Assembly (NCBI GenBank): GCA_024742935.1
Contig: JANSXN010000003.1
Coordinates: 4,757 to 68,756, forward strand
Source of the DNA: Flavobacteriaceae bacterium
Lineage (GTDB): Bacteria; Bacteroidota; Bacteroidia; Flavobacteriales; Flavobacteriaceae
Direction: 5' to 3'
Length of the DNA stretch: 64,000 nt
Part shown: in pieces, positions 1-8,927 of the stretch
Numbering within the stretch: the stretch's first letter is position 1
Layout: the number at the start of each line of letters is the position of its first letter
The notes under the pieces: model-generated
The model's database searches: none
What the model saw: only the letters and a program-made list of their open reading frames with translations
Told to the model about the DNA's origin: nothing
Made by a program: the position numbers and the translations under genes

Positions 1-489
1 ACTGAAGTTTCTACCGATACTTCCATATACTGAAATAATAAACGAGTTACTGAAATTCCATTTATACCCTGAACCCAGTCCAAGAATAAAGGTGTTCATA
101 TCTGTAGTCACTTCTTCAATGAGTGGTGGAAAAAAATCATTGTCTCGGGTCACTTCCTCAAAATCACCAAAACGATATTTTACAAAGGGGTTGAAATACA
201 AACCCGAACCGGGATTTTCAGTTCCAAAATAAAAATTGTATCCCAATTTGACACTGTTTGTATTAAATTTATTGGTGTTTGTTTCATCGTAAAAATTAAC
301 GCGATCATTGATTAAAACTTCAACATCTATGGATTGATTGTAATCAAAAAGGTATTCATAACCCACTTCCACCGATGCAAAAGCAATCACTCCGGCAATG
401 TTTAGTTTTACTTCATTGTTTGGAAATTCCTGAGCAAAAAGTTGAATAGAAAAAATGATGGCTAAAATTAGAAGGACTGTTTTCTTCAT
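1..489 (-). CDS. Outer-membrane beta-barrel protein (DUF3575-like), runs off the left edge
   Basis: Not in the ORF track. Hand translation from ATG at 489 gives MKKTVLLILAIIFSIQLFAQEFPNNEVKLN...VGYEY...LGLGSGYKWNFSNSFIISVYGSIGRNFS: a signal peptide plus alternating aromatic beta-strands, open to position 1. Confidence 0.6.
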   Translation of the reverse strand, partial: MKKTVLLILAIIFSIQLFAQEFPNNEVKLNIAGVIAFASVEVGYEYLFDYNQSIDVEVLINDRVNFYDETNTNKFNTNSVKLGYNFYFGTENPGSGLYFNPFVKYRFGDFEEVTRDNDFFPPLIEEVTTDMNTFILGLGSGYKWNFSNSFIISVYGSIGRNFS

Positions 490-538
490 TCGATTAAGTT
501 TATGAAATGTGCTACTAAAGTAGTTATTTTTTGCATAG

Positions 539-1270
539 TTAAATGACATTTCTCCCTTTTTCATCCGGATATAAAGTCCAAACAGGGTCACTTTGCCAAA
601 ACTCCTTTGTGTCAACATCAAAAACAGTTACCGGTCCTTTAAAAGCCGCTCCGGTGTCGATATTCCAAACACTAAGCGCACGTTGAGGAGTGGTTTTACC
701 TATGCGCGTCACGGGAGTATGACCTATGTAGATTTCGTCAAATAATTTAAGCCTTTCCGGAAATTTCAGGTCGTCTTTTTTAAGGTTTGTATCAGTGGCC
801 AATGCCGTTTCCCATAAGGTCCTGTCCCAGTAAAAGGCTGTTTTATGATGTTCATATTGTGGCCCTTTTAGGTTTTGAAAACCGGCATGTGTAAAAAGAC
901 GATTTTTCTCATCGATGTAATAATCTTGGAGATTTTCAAAAAAATTTTTATGGCTTTCGATTTCGTGTCTGCTTAAATTGTCATAACTGTCAATAGAAGA
1001 TTGACCGCCTTGTTCAACCCATTGCAATGGCTTTTCATTGTTTGCAAGAAAATGATAGCACAAATCATCGTGATTGCCTCTAATAAAAATGCACTTGTTT
1101 TTTGCTGTCAACTCAATTAAAAATGAAACTGTCTCAGCGCTTTCGCTCCAGCCATCCACATAATCGCCTAAAAAAATCAAGGTGTCATCGGGGGTTATTT
1201 TTGCTCTGTTTATTGCTTGAACAACGCCTTTATACCCACCGTGAATATCTCCAATTACAAGTGTTCTCAT
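539..1270 (-). CDS. Calcineurin-like metallophosphoesterase (bacterial PPP/ApaH-like family)
   Basis: Motifs GDIHG, GDYVD, GNHD, HAG, GHTP, DTG. Confidence 0.9.
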   Translation of the reverse strand: MRTLVIGDIHGGYKGVVQAINRAKITPDDTLIFLGDYVDGWSESAETVSFLIELTAKNKCIFIRGNHDDLCYHFLANNEKPLQWVEQGGQSSIDSYDNLSRHEIESHKNFFENLQDYYIDEKNRLFTHAGFQNLKGPQYEHHKTAFYWDRTLWETALATDTNLKKDDLKFPERLKLFDEIYIGHTPVTRIGKTTPQRALSVWNIDTGAAFKGPVTVFDVDTKEFWQSDPVWTLYPDEKGRNVI

Positions 1271-1271
1271 T

Positions 1272-2408
1272 TTAATTATAATTTACCTTTCTCAATATAC
1301 GCATTGCTTCTTTATATGAATCATAAACGGTTTTATTGTACTCTTTAATATAAGGTTTTGCAAGTTCCAGTTTGTCTTTGGCTTCTTCAAAATTGTTGAG
1401 GTAGCAAAGCAAATAAGTGGCCGGTAAATTGGTTATGTCTTGTTCCTCACGTTTGCTAAGGGAACTATTTTTTTTCAACTTTTCCAGCAAGGCATTATTA
1501 CTGTTGTATATGTGATACAGTGTTTTTTTATTGAATTGGGGTGGTTCAAAAATAAGGTTGGTGTTGATGTTGTAAGAACCGTTTTCATTAAAATCTATAG
1601 TAAGTTCTTCAAGTGGGTAGTATTTGATTTCGTTGTGAAGTCCCAGTTTGACATATTCAACAATTTTAAAATGGTCTTCTGTAAAATCAATTGTAATTTC
1701 ATCGAGGGCTGAATAAAATAACCGTACTTGCTCATTTATCAACTCAATATCAACCCGTGAATAAAAAATGTTGCCTTTTACTTTTTTAGGAATCCCGGCC
1801 CAACAAACCACAAAAATTTCTTTAAAGACTTTGTAGTGCGCATCCAGATTATTATGCCGGATGTTCATAAAGTCCATCACGCCATCCAGAGTCAACTTGA
1901 TGTTATTCTTTGCATGATTCTCAATTTGAGCGACAATCTGAGAATTGACATCTTTAATTTCAATATCAAAAACTTTAGGCATTGAAATACTTCCATCTCT
2001 GAAAAAAACACTGCCTCCCCAGTATTTCCAAATGTTCTTTCTCAGGGAAGTAATTTTATTATTGGGTCTAATAGTCACCAAACCCACAACTTTTCCTTCG
2101 GCTAAATGTGGAAATGGGATGTTTTCATAAGATATTAAAGGTGCGTTATCCATATAAGCATTGACCAAGTTCTGAATCTTACTGTCATCAAAAAAATCAA
2201 CGCCCACAATTTCATTTGTACTGTCATCAACCCCAACTACGATGTATGAGTTATTTTTAGGATTGGAATTGCTAAGGGCGCAAATGTGTTTTAAAAACTT
2301 GGCCTTCCCTTCTTTATTGCTAAAATCAAACCGTAGCTTTTTATCATAAAAACTACACTCATCATTGTGAGCAAGTAAATTTTTGATAAGAAGTCGTTTG
2401 TTAATCAT
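1272..2408 (-). CDS. Schlafen/AlbA_2-domain protein with a C-terminal domain of unknown function (DUF5929-like)
   Basis: N-terminal E-x4-D-x-K (DECSFYDKK), then ICALSN, YIVVGVDD and FFRDGS, typical of AlbA_2. ATG at 2408 preferred over the TTG at 2414. Confidence 0.75.
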   Translation of the reverse strand: MINKRLLIKNLLAHNDECSFYDKKLRFDFSNKEGKAKFLKHICALSNSNPKNNSYIVVGVDDSTNEIVGVDFFDDSKIQNLVNAYMDNAPLISYENIPFPHLAEGKVVGLVTIRPNNKITSLRKNIWKYWGGSVFFRDGSISMPKVFDIEIKDVNSQIVAQIENHAKNNIKLTLDGVMDFMNIRHNNLDAHYKVFKEIFVVCWAGIPKKVKGNIFYSRVDIELINEQVRLFYSALDEITIDFTEDHFKIVEYVKLGLHNEIKYYPLEELTIDFNENGSYNINTNLIFEPPQFNKKTLYHIYNSNNALLEKLKKNSSLSKREEQDITNLPATYLLCYLNNFEEAKDKLELAKPYIKEYNKTVYDSYKEAMRILRKVNYN

Positions 2409-2414
2409 ATCCAA

Positions 2415-2434
2415 ATTCCTGCGTAGGCAGGAAT
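2415..2434. repeat. REP-like palindrome ATTCCTGC-GTAG-GCAGGAAT
   Basis: Perfect 8-bp inverted repeat with a 4-nt loop in the short SDR/AlbA spacer; resembles the ATTCCC-N8-GGGAAT (dRS3-type) pattern. Confidence 0.55.
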
Positions 2435-2440
2435 CCCATT

Positions 2441-3205
2441 TTAAATATCCTCTTTTTTGTTCACAATAGTACTAGTTGCCTGGTCGATACTCATCACTAC
2501 AAGGTCTGCTATATTGACATGTGCTGGGCGTGTGACTGTAAACCAAATTATTTCAGCGATATCCAAAGGTAAAAGTGGTTGATATCCCTGATAGACTTTA
2601 TCGGCGCGATTTTTATCTCCTTTAAAACGCACTTCACTAAACTCAGTTTTTACAAGACCCGGGTGGATGGCTCCCACTTTAATTGCGCTGCCATTAAGAT
2701 CAATGCGCAGTCCTTGATTTATGGCGTCAACGGCAGCTTTACTTGCACAATATACATTGCCTTTTGGATACACCTCCTTTGCAGCTGTTGACCCAATGTT
2801 AATAATATGCCCCGAGTTTTTTTCAAGCATACCGGGTAATACAGCTTTAGTGACATAAAGTAAGCCTTTAACATTAATGTCCATCATAGCTTCCCAATCG
2901 TCGAGATTTCCATCTTGAAAAGTATCCAGACCGTGGGCATTTCCTGCATTATTAATTAGGATGTCAATAGAGGAAAACAGTTCCGGAAGTGAGGAAAGAC
3001 TTTTGAAAACATCTTCTTTATTTCTCACATCAAAATTTAAAGTATGGACCCTTGTAAACTCCTCTAATTCAGCTTTCACGCTTTTTAACCTTTCCTGTCT
3101 TCTTCCGGAAAGAATAATATTGAAATTTTTTTTAGCAAATACTCGGGCTGTCTCAAGACCAATTCCTGAAGTGGCTCCCGTGATTAGAACTGTTTTTGTA
3201 TTCAT
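2441..3205 (-). CDS. SDR-family NAD(P)-dependent oxidoreductase (YdfG-like)
   Basis: TGATSGIG, NNAG and YCASK catalytic motifs. Confidence 0.92.
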   Translation of the reverse strand: MNTKTVLITGATSGIGLETARVFAKKNFNIILSGRRQERLKSVKAELEEFTRVHTLNFDVRNKEDVFKSLSSLPELFSSIDILINNAGNAHGLDTFQDGNLDDWEAMMDINVKGLLYVTKAVLPGMLEKNSGHIINIGSTAAKEVYPKGNVYCASKAAVDAINQGLRIDLNGSAIKVGAIHPGLVKTEFSEVRFKGDKNRADKVYQGYQPLLPLDIAEIIWFTVTRPAHVNIADLVVMSIDQATSTIVNKKEDI

Positions 3206-3256
3206 GTCTGTTTTTAGAAATTCTTTAAAATTAGCGCTTTTATGTTTTATATGGAA

Positions 3257-3294
3257 GTTAATTTTAAGTTAAGCGGAGCGTTAAGTAGTGTTAA
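3257..3294. promoter_or_regulatory. Four helically phased GTTAA direct repeats (possible regulator site)
   Basis: GTTAA at 3257, 3268, 3280 and 3290 (spacing 11, 12, 10) between divergent genes. Confidence 0.3.
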
Positions 3295-3361
3295 AATAAT
3301 AATTTTCGATTCTTTGAGGGGTTACCTGTACATAGAACAATTAACAAATAAAATAAAAATC

Positions 3362-4141
3362 ATGAAAAATTTAATTAAAATTAGTTTAGTATTTATTGCG
3401 CTTTTTGCATTTATCTCTTGTAGTGACGATGAATCTAACGATGATGGAACTTCCAGAATAAAGGTAAGTTTGACCGATGCTCCGGGTGATTATGAGCATG
3501 TATATGTTGATGTACAGGATGTTGTTGTAAAATACAGTGACATTGAAGGGGAGGTTTCACTGGGAAATATCAATGCCGGAATTTATGACTTACTTGAATT
3601 AACAGGCGGAATAAGTGTTTTGTTAGCAGATGAAGAAGTACCCTCAGGAAACATTTCTCAGATGAGACTTGTTTTAGGTTCTGAAAACTCTATTGTTATT
3701 GAAGGCGAGACTTACCCCCTTCAAACACCAAGTGCACAACAATCTGGATTAAAACTTACAATTAATCAAACTCTTGAAAATGGAATTTTATATGAGTTTG
3801 TGCTTGATTTTGATGTTGAAGAATCTATCGTTGTACAGGGTAATGGTGGTTATTTGCTCAAGCCAGTTATAAGAGCAAGTACCTTAGCAGAATCTGGTTC
3901 AATCTCTGGAACTGTGCTGCCATTGGGAATACAAGTATTAGTAACAGCTTCCAATGAAGTTAACACAATCTCTGCATATACCAATGCTGAAGGTAATTTT
4001 GTTCTTCACGGTGTGCCGGAAGGAACTTATACTGTTACAATTGAGCCCGAACTAGCCTCAGGATTTGAGATTATGATACTTGAAGATGTGGAAGTTGTCA
4101 ACGGACAAATAACCGCTTTGGGTAGCATAACGCTGCTTTAA
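3362..4141 (+). CDS. DUF4382-domain lipoprotein with C-terminal carboxypeptidase-regulatory-like domain
   Basis: Lipobox FISC followed by an acidic tract; LTDAPGDY, DLLELTGG, SAQQSGLKL, DFDVEES and LKPVIR motifs. Start moved to ATG 3362. Confidence 0.82.
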   Translation: MKNLIKISLVFIALFAFISCSDDESNDDGTSRIKVSLTDAPGDYEHVYVDVQDVVVKYSDIEGEVSLGNINAGIYDLLELTGGISVLLADEEVPSGNISQMRLVLGSENSIVIEGETYPLQTPSAQQSGLKLTINQTLENGILYEFVLDFDVEESIVVQGNGGYLLKPVIRASTLAESGSISGTVLPLGIQVLVTASNEVNTISAYTNAEGNFVLHGVPEGTYTVTIEPELASGFEIMILEDVEVVNGQITALGSITLL

Positions 4142-4168
4142 ATAACAGGAATTAAATAAATTATTCAT

Positions 4169-4204
4169 ACAGGTGGTGCTAAATAGCACTGCCTGTTATT
4201 TTTA
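4169..4204 (+). terminator. Intrinsic terminator after the DUF4382 gene
   Basis: ACAGGTGGTGCTA/TAGCACTGCCTGT stem followed by TATTTTT. Confidence 0.7.
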
Positions 4205-4281
4205 ACCAATTGTTAACAGCATAACTGCTCAGAATTTTTCAATTTGCATCCCCAATAATCCTTGCTAAAAAAACAGTAATT

Positions 4282-5286
4282 ATGGAAGAAATTAACGCAA
4301 CAATAGACATTGGAGCATTAAATGAAAAGATTGAAAAAGAAAGTGCATTTGTTGATATTCTCACCTTAGAAATGAATAAGGTAATCGTGGGTCAAAAACA
4401 CATGATCGAACGTCTTTTAATTGGTCTCTTAGGACAAGGCCACATTCTTCTCGAAGGAGTTCCCGGTCTTGCTAAAACTTTAGCCATAAACACTCTCTCA
4501 CAGGCGGTTCACGGTACTTTTAGCAGAATTCAATTTACGCCAGATTTACTACCGGCAGATGTTATTGGAACTTTGATTTACAATATGAAACTCAATGATT
4601 TCAGTATCAAAAAAGGTCCTATTTTTGCCAATTTTGTACTGGCAGATGAAATAAACCGTGCCCCTGCCAAAGTTCAATCAGCATTACTGGAAGCTATGCA
4701 GGAGAAGCAAGTAACTATTGGCGAAGAAACCTACACGCTTGACAAGCCTTTTTTAGTAATGGCAACAATGAATCCTATTGAACAGGAAGGAACATACCCA
4801 TTACCGGAAGCTCAGGTAGATCGTTTTATGTTAAAAACGGTTATCAAATACCCTCAATTAAACGAGGAACAACTCATCATTAGACAAAACCTAAAAGAAG
4901 GGTTTAGCAAAGTAAATCAAGTGGTTACTCTTGAACAAATTAAACGTGCTCAAGACGCTGCCAGAGAGGTCTACATGGATGAAAAAATTGAAAAATACAT
5001 TCTCGATATTATTTTTGCAACCCGAAACCCTGAAAAATTCAACCTCGCAGAAATCAAGCCCCTTATTCAATATGGAGCTTCTCCTCGTGGAAGTATTAAC
5101 CTGGCAATCGCTTCAAAATGTTATGCATTTATCAAACGAAGAGGTTATGTAATTCCAGAAGACGTACGTGCTGTTGTGCATGATGTGCTTCGCCACAGAA
5201 TAGGTATTACGTATGAAGCTGAAGCCGAAAACATCACCTCAGAAGATTTAATCAACAAAATCGTCAATCAAATAGAAGTACCTTAA
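4282..5286 (+). CDS. moxR: MoxR-family AAA+ ATPase (Bat cluster)
   Basis: Walker A GVPGLAKT, RIQFTPDLLPAD, Walker B LADEINRAP, and YPLPEAQVDRF. Confidence 0.95.
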   Translation: MEEINATIDIGALNEKIEKESAFVDILTLEMNKVIVGQKHMIERLLIGLLGQGHILLEGVPGLAKTLAINTLSQAVHGTFSRIQFTPDLLPADVIGTLIYNMKLNDFSIKKGPIFANFVLADEINRAPAKVQSALLEAMQEKQVTIGEETYTLDKPFLVMATMNPIEQEGTYPLPEAQVDRFMLKTVIKYPQLNEEQLIIRQNLKEGFSKVNQVVTLEQIKRAQDAAREVYMDEKIEKYILDIIFATRNPEKFNLAEIKPLIQYGASPRGSINLAIASKCYAFIKRRGYVIPEDVRAVVHDVLRHRIGITYEAEAENITSEDLINKIVNQIEVP

Positions 5287-5368
5287 TTAGTTATTAGTTA
5301 TGGGTTAATAGTGGTTAGTAAAAATTTAAACCCTAAAACTTTTATAGTTTAGAGCCTGAACTTAAAAC
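5287..5368. repeat. Degenerate 7-nt repeat array
   Basis: TTAGTTA TTAGTTA TGGGTTA ATAGTGG TTAGTAA directly after the stop, then C-rich TAAACCC TAAAACT ... CCTGAAC TTAAAAC before the next ATG. Confidence 0.6.
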
Positions 5369-5370
5369 AC

Positions 5371-6237
5371 ATGGATACGAAAGAACTTCTAAAAAAAGTC
5401 AGAAAGATTGAAATCAAAACCCGAAGGTTGAGTGACAACCTTTTTGGTGGTGAATATCACAGTGCTTTCAAGGGAAGAGGAATGACTTTTAGTGAAGTGA
5501 GGCAGTACCAATTTGGTGATGATGTGAGAAATATTGACTGGAATGTAACGGCGCGCTACAACGAGCCCTTTGTAAAAGTTTTTGAAGAAGAACGGGAATT
5601 GACATTGATGTTACTAGTTGACATTAGTGCCTCTGAAGTTTTTGGTTCCACACAGCAATTTAAAAATGAAATTATAACTGAAATAGCCGCGACATTAGCT
5701 TTCTCTGCATTACAAAACAATGACAAAATAGGTATAGCACTTTTTACAGATCAAATTGAATTATACATTCCACCAAAAAAAGGAAAGTCACACGTGTTAC
5801 GCATCATTAGAGAATTGATTGAGTTTAAACCCAAAAGCAAAAAAACCAATATCGAGCATGCCCTTCAATTTTTAGCAAATGTGCAGAAGAAAAAAGCCAT
5901 CGCTTTTGTGCTTTCAGATTTTATTACTGATGAAAATTATGAAAGCGCTCTGAAAATAGCAGCTAAAAAACACGACCTTACCGGTATACGCATTTATGAC
6001 CCGCGTGAGGAGCAAATACCAAACCTTGGAGTTATCCAAACACAGGATGGGGAAACGGGCGAGGCGCTGCTTGTAAACACAAGCTCAAAAAAAGTGAGAG
6101 CAGCTTATTCAAAATACTATATTGAAAAAGTAAGTTTTTTCCAGGAAACTTTTCAAAAAAGCGGAGCCGGAACAATGAATTGCAGAGTTGACGAAAGTTA
6201 TGTTAAAAAATTAATGGGATATTTTAAAAGACGATAG
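5371..6237 (+). CDS. DUF58 / vWA-domain protein (MoxR partner)
   Basis: GRGMTFSEVRQYQFGDDVRNIDWNVTAR, EEERE, and MIDAS-like DISAS. Confidence 0.92.
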   Translation: MDTKELLKKVRKIEIKTRRLSDNLFGGEYHSAFKGRGMTFSEVRQYQFGDDVRNIDWNVTARYNEPFVKVFEEERELTLMLLVDISASEVFGSTQQFKNEIITEIAATLAFSALQNNDKIGIALFTDQIELYIPPKKGKSHVLRIIRELIEFKPKSKKTNIEHALQFLANVQKKKAIAFVLSDFITDENYESALKIAAKKHDLTGIRIYDPREEQIPNLGVIQTQDGETGEALLVNTSSKKVRAAYSKYYIEKVSFFQETFQKSGAGTMNCRVDESYVKKLMGYFKRR

Positions 6238-6248
6238 CCGGCAGCTTA

Positions 6249-6290
6249 TAGATACTAGATATTAGACAAAAGATTTTAGATGTTAGACAA
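6249..6290. repeat. Degenerate 7-nt repeat array
   Basis: TAGATAC TAGATAT TAGACAA AAGATTT TAGATGT TAGACAA; overlaps the called ATG at 6280. Confidence 0.7.
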
Positions 6291-7920
6291 GATAAAAAAT
6301 AGAACCATTTTTTCCAATAAGCTTCTGCTGTTGGTGTTTCTTTTTGTCTTTAGTATTCTTTTCAGTTTTTCCGGTTTCTCCCAAATCAAGGCGACGATTG
6401 ACACAACTTCAATCAAAATAGGTGAAGAAATTACGTATCACATTGAAGTTTTGACAGATTCAAGCTCAGTCGTTCTCTTTCCTGAAGGGCAGAGCTTCTT
6501 CCCGCTTGAAGTAATTGAGTTTTACCCCACAGATACCACTTTCGAAAACGAAAAAACCAAACTCATCAAAAAATATGGCCTCACACAATTTGATTCAGGC
6601 AGGTATGTGATTCCGAGTCAACTTTTACGCATCAATGAAAAGGCTTTTTATACAGATTCCTTACTTGTAGAAGTAGCAGATGTTGAAGTGGACACTTTAA
6701 AGCAACCCATGTTTGATATCAAACCTGCTATAGAGGTGCCTACTGTCAAAACTGACTGGTTAAAATACATTCTTTGGGGATTGCTTATCATTGCAATTAT
6801 AGCAGCATTGATTTATTTTATATTGCGTCAAAAGAAAAAAATTGAAGAAGCAAAAAGACAATTACCCCCTTTTGAAGAAGCACTTGTTGCTCTAAAAACT
6901 TTAGACACTTCAGGTTATCTGAAAGAAAATAAAGTCAAAGACTACTACTCATCTCTCACAGAAATTGTAAAACGCTACCTAGACCGCGAAGTCGATGATG
7001 CTGCTCTTGAAAGCACGACTGATGAATTAATTTTAAAGCTGGAGCTTCATAAAGACTCCGGTCATCTGGACTTTGACAAAGCAACTATAAACAGGCTTAG
7101 AGAAATTTTAAAACGGGCTGATTTAATCAAATTTGCCAAAATGCAAATGGAATCGGGTCAGGCTCACCTGGACAGAACAGACATTGAAGAAATCATTAAA
7201 GAAACGCACGAATCCATACCCGAGCCCACCGAAGAAGAAAAACTAAAAGACGCTCTGTATCAAGAAGAGCTTCTGAAGAAAAAGAAAAAACAAAAGCGTC
7301 TCTACATTGCAGGAGGTATTGCCTCCGTAATCATCTTTGGTTTGGGTGTCTTGTCTTTGATATTTGGTGTAAATGAAGTGAAAGACAAGGTATTTGGAAA
7401 TTATACCAGATCCCTAGTTGAACAAACCTGGATAAAAAGTGAGTATGGAAGTCCGGCAGTCATACTTGAAACCCCTGAAGTTTTGGTCAGAAAAACAACT
7501 GATGACGAATTTGTTATTACCAAAAACCTGGATGATATTTTTACGTTTGGAGACATTCAAAAGAAACTCTATATCTATGTGGGAGCAGCTAAAACTCAAG
7601 ATACAACAGCTCAAAATTTGGGAAAATTGCTTGAGGAAAAAATGGTGCTTCTAGAGGAAGCCGGAGCAACAAACCTCATCGTTATGGATGAACCTTTTAC
7701 TACTGAAAAAGGAGTTACAGGAATCAAAGCTGCAGGTGAGTTTAATATCAATTTAGGTGAGAACAAATTTAAAAAAGCAAAAAGCGACTATGAACTTGTC
7801 ATTTTTTCTCAAAATGGAAGCATTCAGGAAATCCTGATAGTCACAGAAAAAGAAGATGTCTATGCGCAACAAATTAAAGAACGTATTTTAAAATCTGTTG
7901 AAATCGAAGTTTTAAAATGA
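6280..7920 (+). CDS. Bat-cluster membrane protein (BatD-like Ig domain, DUF4381-like segment, two TM helices)
   Basis: Signal peptide, IKIGEEI...QFDSGRYVIP beta-domain, TM helix, LKFAK-like motif (LIKFAK), second TM helix; lies between DUF58 and batA. Exact start uncertain. Confidence 0.7.
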   Translation: MLDKIKNRTIFSNKLLLLVFLFVFSILFSFSGFSQIKATIDTTSIKIGEEITYHIEVLTDSSSVVLFPEGQSFFPLEVIEFYPTDTTFENEKTKLIKKYGLTQFDSGRYVIPSQLLRINEKAFYTDSLLVEVADVEVDTLKQPMFDIKPAIEVPTVKTDWLKYILWGLLIIAIIAALIYFILRQKKKIEEAKRQLPPFEEALVALKTLDTSGYLKENKVKDYYSSLTEIVKRYLDREVDDAALESTTDELILKLELHKDSGHLDFDKATINRLREILKRADLIKFAKMQMESGQAHLDRTDIEEIIKETHESIPEPTEEEKLKDALYQEELLKKKKKQKRLYIAGGIASVIIFGLGVLSLIFGVNEVKDKVFGNYTRSLVEQTWIKSEYGSPAVILETPEVLVRKTTDDEFVITKNLDDIFTFGDIQKKLYIYVGAAKTQDTTAQNLGKLLEEKMVLLEEAGATNLIVMDEPFTTEKGVTGIKAAGEFNINLGENKFKKAKSDYELVIFSQNGSIQEILIVTEKEDVYAQQIKERILKSVEIEVLK

Positions 7921-8927
7921 TGAACCCATTGCAGTTTGAATTTGTAAATCCCGAGTTTTTCTGGCTGTTTTTAGCACTGCCGGTTGCAATCGCTTGGTTT
8001 TTATGGAAGCGCAAAGAGTTAACCGCTTCTTTAAAACTATCTTCTTTGAAGGGATTTAAAACATCATCAAATTGGTTGGCCAAACTGCGCCCTCTTCTTT
8101 TTGTTTTTCGTCTTATTGCATTATCGTTGTTTATCATTGCAATGGCAAGACCCCGTTATGTTGACACCACAACGAGGATTAAAACAACCGAAGGCATTGA
8201 TATTGTGATGGCGATGGATGTTTCCGGAAGTATGCTGGCACGCGATTTAAAACCAAATAGACTGGAAGCTCTTAAAAAAGTAGCCGCAAACTTTGTAATG
8301 GAACGACCCAATGACCGCATTGGAGTGGTAATTTATGCCGGTGAAAGCTACACCCAAGTACCATTAACAACAGACAAGGCTGTGGTAGTAAATGCTATCA
8401 ATAGTATTTCCTATGGAAACACCATTGAAGATGGAACAGCTATTGGCGAAGGTCTTGCCACGGCAGTAAACCGTCTCAAAGACAGTTCCTCAGAAAGCAA
8501 AGTGGTTATTTTACTCACAGATGGAGTAAATAACACGGGCTATATAGACCCCATGATTGCGACAGAACTTGCGCTAGCTTTTGATATAAAAGTTTACGGA
8601 ATAGGTCTAGGCACCACAGGCAATGCGATGGCTCCGGTTGCTATCAATCCAAATGGCAGCTTCAGGTATGCAAATATTCCGGTTGTAATTGATGAAGATT
8701 TATTAAAAGAAATATCCAAAGCAACAGGAGGAACGTATTTTAGAGCAACCAGCACCTCAAAACTTGAAGAAGTGTATGAAGAAATAAACAAACTTGAAAG
8801 AACAGAAATTGAAGAATTTCAATACACCAGTTTTGAAGAACTCTTTCGCATTTTTGTTCTATGGGGTAGCGCCTTTTTGCTAATTGAAATTCTATTAAGA
8901 TTTACTTTATTTAGAAGTTTTGTATAA
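7917..8927 (+). CDS. batA: vWA-domain protein BatA
   Basis: FxNPxxFWL BatA N-terminus, MIDAS DVSGSM, GTAIG, LLTDG. Confidence 0.92.
   Translation: MMNPLQFEFVNPEFFWLFLALPVAIAWFLWKRKELTASLKLSSLKGFKTSSNWLAKLRPLLFVFRLIALSLFIIAMARPRYVDTTTRIKTTEGIDIVMAMDVSGSMLARDLKPNRLEALKKVAANFVMERPNDRIGVVIYAGESYTQVPLTTDKAVVVNAINSISYGNTIEDGTAIGEGLATAVNRLKDSSSESKVVILLTDGVNNTGYIDPMIATELALAFDIKVYGIGLGTTGNAMAPVAINPNGSFRYANIPVVIDEDLLKEISKATGGTYFRATSTSKLEEVYEEINKLERTEIEEFQYTSFEELFRIFVLWGSAFLLIEILLRFTLFRSFV

Noticed and set aside
539-3205. Labelling the AlbA_2 operon as a defence island
   Set aside because: No mobile or other defence genes flank it and its composition matches the surroundings; kept only as a hypothesis in the findings.
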